NCBI GenBank assembly: GCA_951406725.2
Contig: OX597817.1
Location: 54,188,001-54,252,000 of the forward strand
Reading direction: 5' to 3'
Length of the DNA: 64,000 bases
Source of the DNA: Octopus vulgaris
Taxonomy: Eukaryota
The notes under the pieces were generated by a model. That model did no database searches. It was not told the DNA's origin and saw nothing but the letters and a program-made list of their open reading frames with translations. Below are positions 44,645 through 57,515 of this stretch, in pieces; within the stretch, counting starts at the first letter, position 1, and every line of letters starts with the position of its first letter. The position numbers and the translations under genes were made by a program.

Positions 44645-44812
44645 ATATTATTGTCGGGTTCTTGGGAACAGCATCAGAAGGTATCAAGGGGAATATAAAG
44701 GAAATTGGAATAGAGTGCCCGGTAGAACTGTTACAAAAGGTTTGCCTCTTCGGCTCGGCCAGAATAACCAGGAAAGTATTAGATTGCTGAAAAGAACGAA
44801 TAGCAGGTAGAA
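44645..44812 (+). mobile_element. Dong/R4-like 3' end (another subfamily)
   Basis: IIVGFLGTASEGIKGNIKEIGIECPVELLQKVCLFGSARITRKVLDC*; AAT repeats follow. Confidence 0.75.
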
Positions 44813-44940
44813 ATAATGATAATGATGATGATGATGATAATAATAATAATAATGATGATGATGATGATGATGATGATGATAATAATAATAATAATAATGA
44901 TGATGATAATAATAATAATAATAATGATAATAATAATAAT

Positions 44941-45152
44941 ACTTCGAATTGAAAAAGTGTAGTGTTAGTCTTGAAGAGAGGTAGAATTGAATGAATGGAT
45001 AGGCTAGCGATACCGTCGGGGGAGGTTATGAAGCAAATAGATGAGACGGGCTATAAATACATGGGGATATTGGAAATGGATAAATTGATGGAGAAAGAAA
45101 TGACAGAAAACTTTAAGGTGGAGTACTTGCGCAGACTGAGACTGATCCTTAA
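44941..45152 (+). pseudogene. Dong/R4 RT C-terminal/thumb fragment
   Basis: EKCSVLVLKRGR...IPSGEVMKQIDETGYKYMGILE...EYLRRLRLIL; begins right after (AAT)n. Confidence 0.78.
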
Positions 45153-45154
45153 TG

Positions 45155-45343
45155 AAAATTTATGAAAAAAACAAAAACAAAAGACGAAGACGGGTGTGTA
45201 AACAACAAACTGATGTATTAGTTTATAGCTCGGGAAGTGAGAAAGTCTTTTACGTTTCGAGCATACGCTCTTCGACAGAAAGAAACACAGAAATAAACAG
45301 GGAGAGAAAATAGAAAAGGTTTAGTGGTTAGCGATCTATCATG

Positions 45344-45345
<2 letters not shown>
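45155..45345 (-). mobile_element. Family P repeat with hammerhead-like fold at 45246-45283
   Basis: Minus: UCUUU-CUGUCGA-A-GAGC-GUAU-GCUC-GAAAC-GUA-AAAGA. Confidence 0.78.
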
Positions 45346-45378
<33 letters not shown>

Positions 45379-45448
45379 GTCCGGTTGATTCGGGGTTAAC
45401 CACGTTTACAACTAGTACTGTTTCATTCAGAGAAATCTTCAGAAGCTC

Positions 45449-45575
<127 letters not shown>

Positions 45576-45584
45576 TGTGACCGC

Positions 45585-45785
45585 GTGTGTATCGTTGGCG
45601 ATTTTTTCCTCCGTCTTCTTTTCCTTGGATCTTTCCTTTTCCTATGTTTCTGACGAAGAGCTCTGCTCAAAACGTTAAATTCTCCTTCTTTCTTTCCTTT
45701 CCTGAGCGTCCAGTAACGCTATACTTGTTCCATGTCCTCGCGTTGTTGTGTTTTATCTTTGTGTTTTCATGTTTGGATTAACTAC
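45585..45785 (+). mobile_element. Family P-related repeat with hammerhead-like fold at 45646-45680 (G12 mutated)
   Basis: GUUU-CUGACGA-A-GAGC-UCU-GCUC-AAAAC-GUU-AAAU. Confidence 0.65.
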
Positions 45786-45786
45786 A

Positions 45787-45831
<45 letters not shown>

Positions 45832-45834
45832 ATA

Positions 45835-45995
45835 GGGAGAGTTGACGAAGACAGGTGGAGTACAAAACAAACAGATGTATTAGTATAACGCTCAGGAATA
45901 GAAAAAATCTTTTACGTTTCCAGCCTACGCTCTTCTACAGAAAGGGACACAGAAATAAACTAGGAGAGAAAAACATGTGTGCAGTGGCTAACGAT
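45835..45995 (-). mobile_element. Family P repeat with hammerhead-like fold at 45908-45945
   Basis: Minus: CUUU-CUGUAGA-A-GAGC-GUAG-GCUG-GAAAC-GUA-AAAG. Confidence 0.72.
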
Positions 45996-46530
45996 ATATA
46001 TGTATGTATGTATGTGTGTATGTATGTATGTATGTATGTATGTATGTATGTATGTATGTATGTATGTATGTATGTATGTATGTATGTATGTATGTATGCA
46101 TATCAGGAGAGAGAGACAGGGGGAGAGAGAGAAAGAGAGAAAGAAAGTGAAAGAGAAAGAGAAAGATAGAGACCGGTTCTTTTGTGTAATGAAAGCAGGC
46201 TATGATAATATTTGAGGAAGGATAACTTTAAAAAAAATGGAGGAATTCCCTTCCCACTTCTGCAGAAACATTGAAACCGTTGTGAAATATCGTCTGTTAA
46301 GATTAACAGAGAATAGTTTAGTGTTTTTAATGAAAATGGCGAGGTGAGAGAGAAAATGGTTTGAGAAGAAAGTGGTCACAGGATGAAGCTGTTACATACA
46401 AGGGATTGGAGGAATATAGTCACGACTTGGTGTTGTTGTTTGATACCGTTTCTGATCGATGGATCGATTGTGTTCGATTATAGATAGAACAAGGCGTGGC
46501 TTCAGACACATTCTTATCATCATTGCAATT

Positions 46531-46574
<44 letters not shown>

Positions 46575-47008
46575 TGTTGTTGTTGTTGTTGTATTTGTGT
46601 TGGTGCCGGTGAGCGTTGGGGCTGGAGAGTTGTGTGTGTGTGTGTGTATGAAAGAACTTTAGGTAAGGCTGGTGTTGGTGGTGGTGGCGGGGGAAGTGGG
46701 TGTTTTTTAACGGATGCGGTGGTGGAAGTGACAGAGGGAGGGGAGATGTTCATTTGCTGACAGGGGTTGTTTTGGCAGATGTGGCGGTGTTTGTGGTGGT
46801 AGCAGCAGCAGCAGCTGTAGTAGTAGTGGTGGTGGCGGTGGTTTTGCAATGGCTCTGGTTTTCTTTTAGGTAGTAATGGTTTTGGCGGTGGTAGTGGTGG
46901 TGATTGTAACCAATTGATGGTATTAATTGGCAGTGGTGGTGGTGTTGTAGAGGAAGTAGTAATAGATGGTGTTTTTTATTGTTGATATAACGGTGCTGGT
47001 TGTAGTCC

Positions 47009-47067
<59 letters not shown>

Positions 47068-47089
47068 GTTATTATTATTGTTATTATTA

Positions 47090-47162
<73 letters not shown>

Positions 47163-47184
47163 CATTATTATTATTATCATTATT

Positions 47185-48101
47185 ATGTTCTTTCCTTCTT
47201 TCTTCAAATTTTCTTCCGTTTCTCGCCAAGTGTTTTCCATACACCTAGGACAGAGAAGCTCATTGTATGCATTCCTAGATTACACACGCAAATTCACAGA
47301 TAAAATATGTATTTAAAAATTAATAAATAAATAAATTCATGAATGGATGTTGTTTTCACAGCGATAGTGCTCTTCTCAGTACATGAGCCGTTGCAGTTAA
47401 TACGATTTTTTGCACTTCCTGTAGGGATGGTAAGCCTGGAATCATTTTCAAATAGGTTTCAGTACTTTTTTTTATCATTCCTAGGGACAAACAATCACTG
47501 GTACTGTAATCGCCTTGAGATGCCACATTTTTTCGATTTCTATTTGCAAGTCTTTATATTTACTAATCTTGTCAAATTCTTTCGCCGCTATATTGTGATC
47601 GCAAGGAATACTCATGTCAATTAATAAACACATCTTTTTTGTCTGATCTTTTATAATAATATCCTGTTTATTAGCTTTTATAGTCTTGTCGGTCTGTACG
47701 GGGAAGTCCCATAGAATCGATACATTTTCTCCCTCAGTCACAGCTTCAGGATGGTGTTTATACTATTTGTCAGCGGTTTTGATTTTATAATACCGACATA
47801 TTGTCCAATGTAAATACTGGCCGACTCTGTCATGTCTTGCTTTATATTCTGCAGGTGCTAAGACTCTACACCCTGAGATTAGGTGGTCTATTGTTTCAAT
47901 CTCATCGTTACAGAATCGGCATTTTGGGTCAGCTCCATTTTTTATCACATTGGCTTGGTAGTTCCGGGTTAATAAGCTTTGGTCTTGAGCAGCTAATATG
48001 AAACCTTCACTCGCTGCTTTTAGCCTTGAGCTTCGTAACCATTGGTGCGTGCGCTTCTGGTAGACATCAGCTTATTTGCTACGGGCCACATACTTGCCAT
48101 T
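47185..48101 (-). mobile_element. Dong/R4 retrotransposon 3' ~900 bp: CCHC knuckle, RHD motif, REL endonuclease, 3' UTR
   Basis: EGFILAAQDQ...CRFCNDEIETIDHLISGC...RHD...WDFPVQTDKTIKANKQDII...IDMSIP...KISKYKDL; (TTA)n on both sides. Confidence 0.92.
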
Positions 48102-48123
48102 TATTATTATTATTATTATTATT

Positions 48124-48575
48124 GAGTGAGAGAGCAGTTCATGCCATCAAAGTGACACTGGGGTAAAGTATACGAAGCCCAATATACCCATCATGACTAC
48201 CCGTCGGGTACACCAGGCACATGCATCACAACCATATGTGCGCGACATGGTGATCTCATATCAAGATAAACAGCACATCACATTTCAGGTGGGGCCCAGT
48301 TAGAATTTTCTTCAGGTCGAGTAATCCATCCTGTTCAAAAGGTCCCCGAATAAGGGTTGTTTAAGGATGTTGAACGAAACACCCATGTTTCCGAAGGTGA
48401 ATTATCCAAACCCCCAAAAACCCCTCTCAACACATGGCTATGATGCTCCCCCACTACTGCTTGTGATCAGAGATGCACATATCGTCATCCACAAAGGGAC
48501 ATGCTCAACTGGTTAAGGTCAAACAACTGACAAGCAAATCTGTGGTATTGAGCAGAATATTTGCTGTAGCCCATC

Positions 48576-48577
<2 letters not shown>
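48124..48577 (-). mobile_element. ~555-bp TAA-targeting element, 5'-truncated by about 95 bp
   Basis: Same 3' end as other copies; (TTA)n on both sides. Confidence 0.9.
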
Positions 48578-48652
<75 letters not shown>

Positions 48653-49185
48653 GAGTGAGAGAGCAGTGCATGGCATCAAAGTGACACTGGGGTAAAATAT
48701 ACGAAGCCCAGTATACCCATCATGACTACCCGTCTGATAAGGGTACACCAGGCACATGCATCACAATCATATGTGCGCGACATGGTGATCTCATATGAAG
48801 ATAAAAAGCACATGACCTTGCAGGTGGGGCCCAGTTAGAATTTTCTTCTGGTCGAGTAACCCATCCCGCTCAAAAGGTCCTTGAATAAGGGTTGTTTAAG
48901 GATGTTGAACGAAACACCCATGTTTCCAGAAGTGAATTATTCAAACTCCATAGAATCCCTCTCAACACACGGCTATGATGCTCTCCCACTACTTCCGCTC
49001 GTGATCAGAGATGCACATATTGTCAGCCACTAAGGGACATGCTCAACTGGTTAAGGTCAAACAATTGAGCAGAATATTTGCTGTAGTCCATCTTTTATAC
49101 CAAGACAAAACAATGTACATGATAACACTTCCAATCAGTTAAGATGAGAAGTCATGAAAGCCACTGCCTGGTACTGCATCAGGGC

Positions 49186-49189
<4 letters not shown>
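48653..49189 (-). mobile_element. ~555-bp TAA-targeting element with both termini intact
   Basis: GAGTGAGAGAG...CTGCATCAGGGCATTT between (TTA)n arrays. Confidence 0.9.
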
Positions 49190-49253
<64 letters not shown>

Positions 49254-49864
49254 GATGGAGGCCATTTCGTGGAGGTACTGGTTACAATATAAAAAATGCC
49301 TTGTAAATTCACGAACGACAAAAATATAAAAAACAAACAAAACATAACGTATATTGAGTGTTCAAATGGAGGGAAGACAGACAGAAAGTCTCTAACTCAT
49401 CCCCAGTTATCAACCAGAAGGGATTACTCAGTTTTGCACCATTAATGATAAGACTGAGTGGTTATCCATGCTGGCGGTGCCTGCGAATGTTTCGGAGAAT
49501 ATAGTGCCGAGAGCAAACGATACATGGATAACAAGCGATACGGAAATGGATATACGAAAGTGAATAAATGTAACTTAAGACGATGAACGAAAGACAAAAG
49601 CGAAATAAATAAGAAACGAGCAGAATATGGTCTGAGGGCCAAAAAGACACGTATGGCGGGCAACGCTTAGAGGGCCATCCTAAAGGATAGAAGTAATAAA
49701 ACAAGTGCCTGAGGGAGACAACGCAGCGCTCCTGGCTTTATTAACTGGTTACAATAGTTTTGTTAATTGCGGTAAACATTTTGATTGTGTTTGTAGGGGG
49801 CGCAGTCTTGATTTTGTGGGGTGGGGGCGCAGTGTCATCATGGTGATACTGTTCTTCTTGGTGC

Positions 49865-50072
49865 TTCTTGTGGCTTTGGGGTCCTTGTAGTTTTCGGGTC
49901 TTTGCGGTTTTGGGGTCCTTGTGGTTTTGGGGTCATTGTGGGTTTGGGGTCATTGTGGGTTTTGGAGTCTTTGTGGTTTTGGGGTCCTTGTGGGTTTTGG
50001 AGACTTTGTGGTTTTGGGGATCCTTGTGGATTTGGGGTCTGGTTTATGGGTTCTTGTGGTTTTGGGGTCTGG
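49865..50072. repeat. G-rich 17-18-bp minisatellite (GGGGTCCTTGTGGTTTT), about 11 units
   Basis: Direct reading. Confidence 0.9.
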
Positions 50073-50532
50073 TGCGTTGGAAAGGGGTTGCCAAGGGTGG
50101 AGGGGATTTTATGGTAGTATTGGTGATTACTGTTCTGTGATTAGTGTTGGTGGTTGTTTATAAACATACCCTCATACACACTACCATATGCATACACACA
50201 CACACATACCTATATTCATTACATTGCGAGTGCCCGTGTGTATCTCAAAGAATGGTAGGGAGAGATAGAGACGGAGAGAGAAAGAGAAACAGAGAGTGAC
50301 AGACTGAGAGAGAGAAAAAGATAGAAAGGAACGAAGACTGTCGTGGACATAAACGGTGAAAAAGAGCCTCATGTGTAATTAAATGAATTATATACGTCTA
50401 TGTCTATGTACGTGTGCGTGTATGCGTGTATGGATACGCATGTTTTTGTATGTATATATATATATTCATATGTATTTGTATGTGTATTTGTGTATGTTTA
50501 TATATGTTTGTATGTAAGTATGTATGTATATA

Positions 50533-50592
<60 letters not shown>

Positions 50593-50619
50593 CTCTTGCA
50601 TGTACTTATAATTATCCAT

Positions 50620-50669
<50 letters not shown>

Positions 50670-51134
50670 TATATACATATATATATATACATATATATAT
50701 ATATGTATGTATGTATATATATATATATATATGTATATATATCCACATATATATGCATGTGTATGTACATGTGTACTGCCGTGTATATCGACCCCGGTAA
50801 CAATCGATCTCCAGCTAATCAATCGGTAAACGATATATAATGTTGGCTTGAAGCCAAAGCGCTTCAAGAAGTCTTTTTCTGAAATGACTATCTGTAAAAC
50901 GTGGATAATTCTGATTGGCTGTATTTTCCGTGTATTCTATGCAAAAACGCCATTTCTCTGCTCACACAAACATATCGACTTGCACAATATCAATACCATT
51001 ACGTGACTCCAGCATTGGATTCTTGTGGTTTTGTCTCACTTTTGCGATATAGTTCTAGTGATGTTGTTGTTGTTGTTGCTGCTGTTGTGGTGTTTTTTAG
51101 CCCCAGGCTAATCCTGATCGGGCACACCTATACT

Positions 51135-51532
51135 CTTTTACTCTTTTATTTGTTTCAGTCATTTGACTATGGCCATGCCGGAGCACTGCCTTTAGTCAAG
51201 GAAATCAACCCCAGGACTTATTCTTTGTAAGCTTAGTACTTATTCTATCGGTCTCTTTTGCCGAACCGCTAAGTTACGGGGACGTAAACACATCAGCATC
51301 GGTTGCCAAGCGATGATGGAGTGACAAACACAGACACAGAAACATATGCACACACATACATATACATATACATATATACGACGGGCTTCTTTCAGTTTCC
51401 GTCTACCAAATCTACTCACAAGGCTTTGGTTTGCCCGAGGCTATAGCAGAAAACACTTGCCCAAGGTGACACGCAGTGGGACTGAACGCAGAACCATGTG
51501 GTTTGTAAGCAAGCTACTTATCACACAGCCAC
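51135..51532 (-). mobile_element. SINE family A, near full length (further partial copies at 51698-51810 and 52325-52645)
   Basis: Tail TTTCAGTCATTTGACT through head CACACAGCCACTC. Confidence 0.88.
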
Positions 51533-51960
51533 TCAATGTTTCATCTGTAACAGTTGCGCCTTTTTTTCAGTCTGAATATATCAAGGACTACTCTATCTCA
51601 TTTGTCCGACGTGTTTTTCTTTAGATAGTCGGGTATTAATTAGTTCTTAATTATTTCAACTTTTTGCCACACTGGATCAAACTGGTTCAAACTTGATAGG
51701 CTTCTTTCAGTATCCGTCTACCAAAACCATTCACATTGCTTTAGTCAGTTCAAGAGTATAGAAGACACTTGCTGAAGGTGCCACTCAATGGGACCGATCC
51801 CAGAAACATTGGGGATCTTTGGACTTTGTGGCACAGTGGATCAAACTGGAACTACGTTCCTCGCGGCATCCTTGATTTCAAGCAAAGAAATTACTAGAAT
51901 TAATATATTTCTAAATCTCAAATATATATGTTTTCAAAGGCCAATAAGCATCGACAGCTA

Positions 51961-52030
51961 GCAAGCCATGCTACTCCAGACTGATGATGTGTAATGACTC
52001 TGAAACTAGTCCCTGAATGCTGGCTATGCT
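51961..52030 (+). ncRNA. Degenerate minimal hammerhead-like motif
   Basis: CAGA-CUGAUGA-[weak stem II]-GAAA-CUAG-UC-CCUG; palindromic ACUAGU; flanks GCAAGCCA/UGGCUAUGC extend stem I. Confidence 0.55.
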
Positions 52031-52449
52031 GGGTGGAGGTGCTTGTCTCCACTTTGAAAACATAAGGACACAGGAAATGTGTCAAGTCCAACAGTAAACG
52101 GTGTTTCCTATGGCTAAATGGTACAACTTGCACTGTCTGACATGATGGTCACGTTTGGAATGTATTTGACCATAAGTATGTTTTCAATAGCGCAAAACAA
52201 TGTCACTGTATCGACATTGTTCCTCGATTTGTTTTAGAAATCACAGCTAAGGCGACCCCAAAATCATTCCAGGAAAAGGACGCATGGTGGATGTTACCCT
52301 GGGTTTCCTGCATATACATCTTTGTTTTTTTACTTGTTTCAGTCATTTGCCTCTGGAGTATCTCTTAAAGAATTTTCTGCCGAACCGCTAAGTTACAGAG
52401 ATGTAAACACAAAGACACTCACACACGCACATACACACACACAAACACA

Positions 52450-52516
<67 letters not shown>

Positions 52517-52916
52517 ACACACACACGCATACGATGGGCCTCTTTCAGTTTCCGCCTTCCAAATCCACTCTCAGGTCTTTGTCGGCCCGAGGCTACAACA
52601 GCAGACACTTGCCCAAAGTGCCACACAGTGGGACTGAACCCGGAACTATATAACAAGAACGCATACTTCATACCAGACACTTGCTCCTATGTCTGTTAAC
52701 AATAGTTATTGAGCCTTTTTGCATGTGAAGTTAGGAGGAAAAGAGCGAGTATTTAAACATAAATGAGGGATTAAAGAGAAAATATACAAGATGAGAAGAG
52801 ATGGATTAGAGGAACGAAAAGTATTATATCTGAAGATAATCAGGAAGGTAAACAGAAGAATAGTTATGAATGGTAAAAACCAAGACATAAGCAATAAAAC
52901 ATTGTCAAACTTTGTC

Positions 52917-53130
52917 AAGGTGGCGAGCTGGCAGAAACGTTAGCACGCCGGGCGAAATGCTTAGCGGTATTCCGTCTGCCGCTACGTCCTGAGTTCAAAT
53001 TCCGCCGAGGTCGACTTTGCCTTTCATCCTTTCGAGTCGATGAACTGGGGTCGATATAATCGACTTAATCCGTTTGTCTGTCCTTGTTTGTCCTCTCTGC
53101 GTTTAGACCCTTGTGGGTAGTAAAGAAATA
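52917..53130 (+). mobile_element. SINE family B
   Basis: Head and core as at 30098, with an internal deletion. Confidence 0.87.
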
Positions 53131-53815
53131 GGTAAAAACCAAGAGATAAGCAATAAAACATTGTCAAAGAAGTTGCTACACGAAGACAAGAGATTAAAAC
53201 ATTTTTAAGGTGGGGGGGGGGGGGAAGCTTCGAGGATAATAAATATGAGATGTGTGAGAACGTTGTTACTGTTGACAATTATATGATGTGCTGATGTAGT
53301 AAGATGGTACAAGCAAGATATAGAAATACGGCACGATAGGTTAATAGAGAATGTAGCGTCAGTTTGCAAGGAGAAGAAATATGGTAACATAACCAGGCAG
53401 AAGCTGTTAGTGGAATTGACTTTTGTAATGAGATCCTATCAAGTTTTTCTCTGCAAACTTACAATCCACACAAAAATAATATATATATATATAATAAATT
53501 GATAAATATAAAATATAAAATAAAAATTATAATAATAGTGTGGCCATCATGTCACGTATTTCCACAGTCGAATTTAATTTCTCTTTGGAGGGACTCGATG
53601 GAAACGAAGCTAATGTCATGATATTACGAGTTGGTCACTCTCCATCTTCCCACGCCTTTATTTCTCTTGTTACACACACACACACACACACAGTACGCAA
53701 ACAACGAGAGAAACAAATGGAAAACAGGACAAGTAACATGAAGAATGACCCTTCATCAGTTGTCGGCTATTTATCTAATACTTATTTCGAGTATTGGGTA
53801 TATATATATATATAA

Positions 53816-53850
<35 letters not shown>

Positions 53851-53863
53851 CGTGTGTGTGTGT

Positions 53864-54249
53864 GGAGGCGCAATGGCCCAGTGGTTAGGGCAGGGGACTC
53901 GCGGTCGTAGGATCGCGGTTTCGATTCCTAGACCGGACGTTGTGAGTGTTTATTGAACGAAAACTACTAAAGCTCCATGAGGCTCCGGCAGGGATGGTGG
54001 TGATCCCTGCTGTACTCTTTCACCACAACTTTCTCTCACTCTTACTTCCTGTTTCTGTTGTACCTGTATTTCAAAGGGCCGGCCTTGTCACTCTCTGTGT
54101 CACGCTGAATATCCCCGAGAACTACGTTAAGGGTACTCGTGTCTGTGGAATGCTCAGCCACTTACACGTTAATTTCACGAGCAGGCTGTTCCGTTGATCG
54201 GATCAACCGGAACCCTCGTCCTCGTAACCGACGGAGTGCTTCCATCCAT

Positions 54250-54250
<1 letters not shown>
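53864..54250 (+). mobile_element. tRNA-derived SINE family C
   Basis: A-box TGGCCCAGTGG, B-box GTTTCGATTC, ~300-bp non-tRNA body, (TCCA)n tail; single copy in this window. Confidence 0.75.
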
Positions 54251-54322
<72 letters not shown>

Positions 54323-54433
54323 CAACAATTGAGGGTAAAATTAATTAATTATTAATCAATTTCACCAAGTATTCAGTATGTAAAGGGACCATTATAGGCG
54401 AATTCAAAATATTACATTATATATAAGGGCTTA

Positions 54434-54749
54434 GTAAAATAAATTACTTTGCCACATACTGAACTCGTTAGAAATAAGCTAAAGAAATTTCTTCAGCTAT
54501 TTCTAATACTTAAAGAAGATTCTCTCAGAAGTTTGCCTAAACTAACTCACAAAAGTATGGGGAAAAACATTAAAAAATCAATAACCTTTGCACTTGATTT
54601 TTTAATGTTTTTTTCCCCATACTTTTGTGAGTTAGTTTAGGCAAACACTATCTGAGAGAGATCTTCTTTAAGTATTAGAAATAGCTGAAGAAATTTCTTT
54701 AGCTGCTATTTCTAACGAGTTCAGTATGTGGCAAAGTAATTTATTTTAC
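54434..54749. repeat. Long foldback with ~150-bp arms and a 12-nt spacer
   Basis: 54434-54581 is the near reverse complement of 54594-54749. Confidence 0.92.
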
Positions 54750-54750
54750 G

Positions 54751-54814
<64 letters not shown>

Positions 54815-55074
54815 TTGTGTGTGTGTATTATGTGTGTGTTTGTGTGTGTGTACGTTAGGTGTGAAAAATCACATCTTATTAAATTGCAAATAAAAGATGT
54901 AATTGAGCCAAATATATTAAGATTTTAGACACCTCTTTGACTTTGGGGCCACCCTCTGTATATAAATGCGCGCGCATGTGTATTATGTGATTGTTTTTGT
55001 GTATGTGTGTTTACATGTGTCTTTGTCGGTGTATATTTGTGCACCTGTATGACTGTATATATCTATAGTTCCAA

Positions 55075-55275
55075 TTTACAGAAAGACAGAAGACAAAGAC
55101 AAGCGTAGGAACAATAAGCAAGTGTATTAGTTTGACGATCCGGAAAAATGGAAAAGTCTTTTACGTTTCGAGCCTATGCTCTTCAACAGAAAGAATTAAG
55201 AGGAACAAAATGGAGAGAGAATGAAAAACAAAACGGAGAAAGAAAACTGTGTAGAGTTCAGCGGTCCAACATGGT
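55075..55275 (-). mobile_element. Family P repeat with hammerhead-like fold at 55157-55194
   Basis: Minus: UCUUU-CUGUUGA-A-GAGC-AUAG-GCUC-GAAAC-GUA-AAAGA. Confidence 0.78.
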
Positions 55276-56513
55276 GGGATGACTCAGTTTGATCCTGCGT
55301 GACCAAAATTCCTACCCTATTCGACTTGCATCTTAACTACTTCCCGGACTTTTCCTTGTCTACATATGGACAAGGAGAAGTCCGGGTATATGGTTTGTGG
55401 ACCTCTCCTTGTCCACATACCAGTACTTCACCCGGATAACCACTGGATCTTCATACTCTTCCGGACTCAACCTTCACGGATCCTACTGGCTATTTTCGTT
55501 AATGTATATGTATGTATGTATGTATGTATGCATGTATGTATGTATGTATGTATGTATGTATGTATGTACGTACGTACGTATGTATGTATGTAGGTAGGTA
55601 GGTGTGTATGTATGTATCTACGTATGTATGTATGTATGTATGTATGTATGTATGTATGTATGTATGTATGTATGTATGTATGTATGTATGTATGTATGTA
55701 TGTATGTGTGTGTGTGTGTATGTACGTATGTATGTATGTATGTATGTATGTATGTACGTATGTATGTATCTACGTTCGTACGTAGGTGTGTATGTATGTA
55801 TGTAGGTAGGTGTGTATATATGTATGTATGTAGGTGTGTATGTATGTATGTATGTAGGTATGTATGTATGTATGTATCTACGTATGTATGTATGTATGTA
55901 CGTTCGTATGTATGTATGTATGTACGTACGTTACGTACGTATGTATGTAGGTGTGTATGTGTATGTATATATGTGCGTGTGTATGTTTATGTACACGCGC
56001 GAGTTTTAAGTGAAACACAGCACACGTGTTAGACCACTGACCAGTAATGAAAACTGCTAAAGAATTTTACAAAAAAAAAAGAATTTGCATACATACACAT
56101 ACGCATGCTCATACGAACGCACACACACGAACGCACACACACACACACACACACACGCACACACATACACATACGCCTGCACACAAGCTTATACACACAC
56201 ATATATTTTTCTAAGATTCGATGCTACCAGACATGTTTAAAAAAAAAACAAATAAAAAACCGATTTTTTAAAAAATCAACATAAATTAACATAATTTAAT
56301 AAAGTCTAACATAGTAAACAACTTCAGGCGAATACATTAAGACAGACGTAGTTTATACTGGTAGGTGTAAGATAGGTTTATTTTTTTATCTGTTTACCTC
56401 CAGCTGTTTTTAATTTAGTTAGGTATATCGCAGTATTTACGTATGTGTGTGTGCTTATCATGTTTGGATATATCTATCTACCTATGCATATATTATGTGT
56501 ATGTTTGTGTATG

Positions 56514-56561
<48 letters not shown>

Positions 56562-56912
56562 ACACAAAACCGTTAGATTCACTTCAACATTTAAATTTAA
56601 TTTATCAAAATATTTTCGTCGCTTTAAGACCACAACCTGTTAATGGGAGAAGAACGCAAAACATCTAGACAGTTAGATGATACAAAAGAGGGACAAGAAA
56701 AAACAAGCACAGATCATTCAGAATTTTTTTCCTCTGTCCAGTTCCAGATTATCTTTGCAATTTCGGTTGGTTATACTCGAGATTGCTCCAATCCGGCTGG
56801 CTCCAAGGAAAAACTAAGCTAAGTGCATTAGATTTCTTGGAAGAATACAGACACATATATACATACATATACGTACACATACGCGCACACACGCACTCAC
56901 ACACATACACAC

Positions 56913-56957
<45 letters not shown>

Positions 56958-57448
56958 AGGAAACGAAAAGAAGATTGCCAACTGAGATGACGGTCATATG
57001 AACTCATTATTAAATGTTTCATGTATAACAAGTCTTATTTCTTGTATGCTGGCATTAGAACCGATGTTTCATTCTTTAATGATCTTCTGAAAACAAATGA
57101 TTATAATTTTGGTAAAAATGGTATTGTGGATTAATAACAGAAATTTACGGAGAAAAACAGGCTGTAGTTATTTGTGATTGGTGTACCGTGTTTACAACTA
57201 TCAAAACAACCTAGTTATGTAAAATATCGTCGCGTAAGATAGCAGATGATAAATATCGAATGAAGTGAAGACTAATGGAATTAAGTCTTATATACAACTC
57301 TTATAGACACAGTTTCTCTTGGGTTCTCGAGCAGGTTTCTGTTGGTTGCGGCTTTCCCTTTATCCGGTCATGTGGTGTTGGTCTTTCTCATGTCTTTTAT
57401 GAGTATTCTGCAGAGCATAATTTTCAGATTTTTCCTTTTTTATATATT

Positions 57449-57515
57449 CGGGCCAACCAAAGCCTTGTGAGTGGTTTTGCTAGACGGAAAGTGAAAACCC
57501 GTCGTATGTATATAT
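57449..57515 (+). mobile_element. SINE family A upstream part, host of the LINE insertion
   Basis: CGGGCCAACCAAAGCCTTGTGAGTGG...AGACGGAAA...CCCGTCG(TA)n; continues at 60220. Confidence 0.8.

Noticed and set aside
53745-53800. CUGAUGA and GAAA on the minus strand
   Set aside because: Could not build stems I and III
53864-53940. tRNA gene (also 1661-1730)
   Set aside because: A and B boxes present but no acceptor stem or clean cloverleaf; continues into a SINE body
56595-56645. Stem plus GAAA-AUAU-UU on the minus strand
   Set aside because: The 5' core is missing or truncated, so a ribozyme cannot be supported
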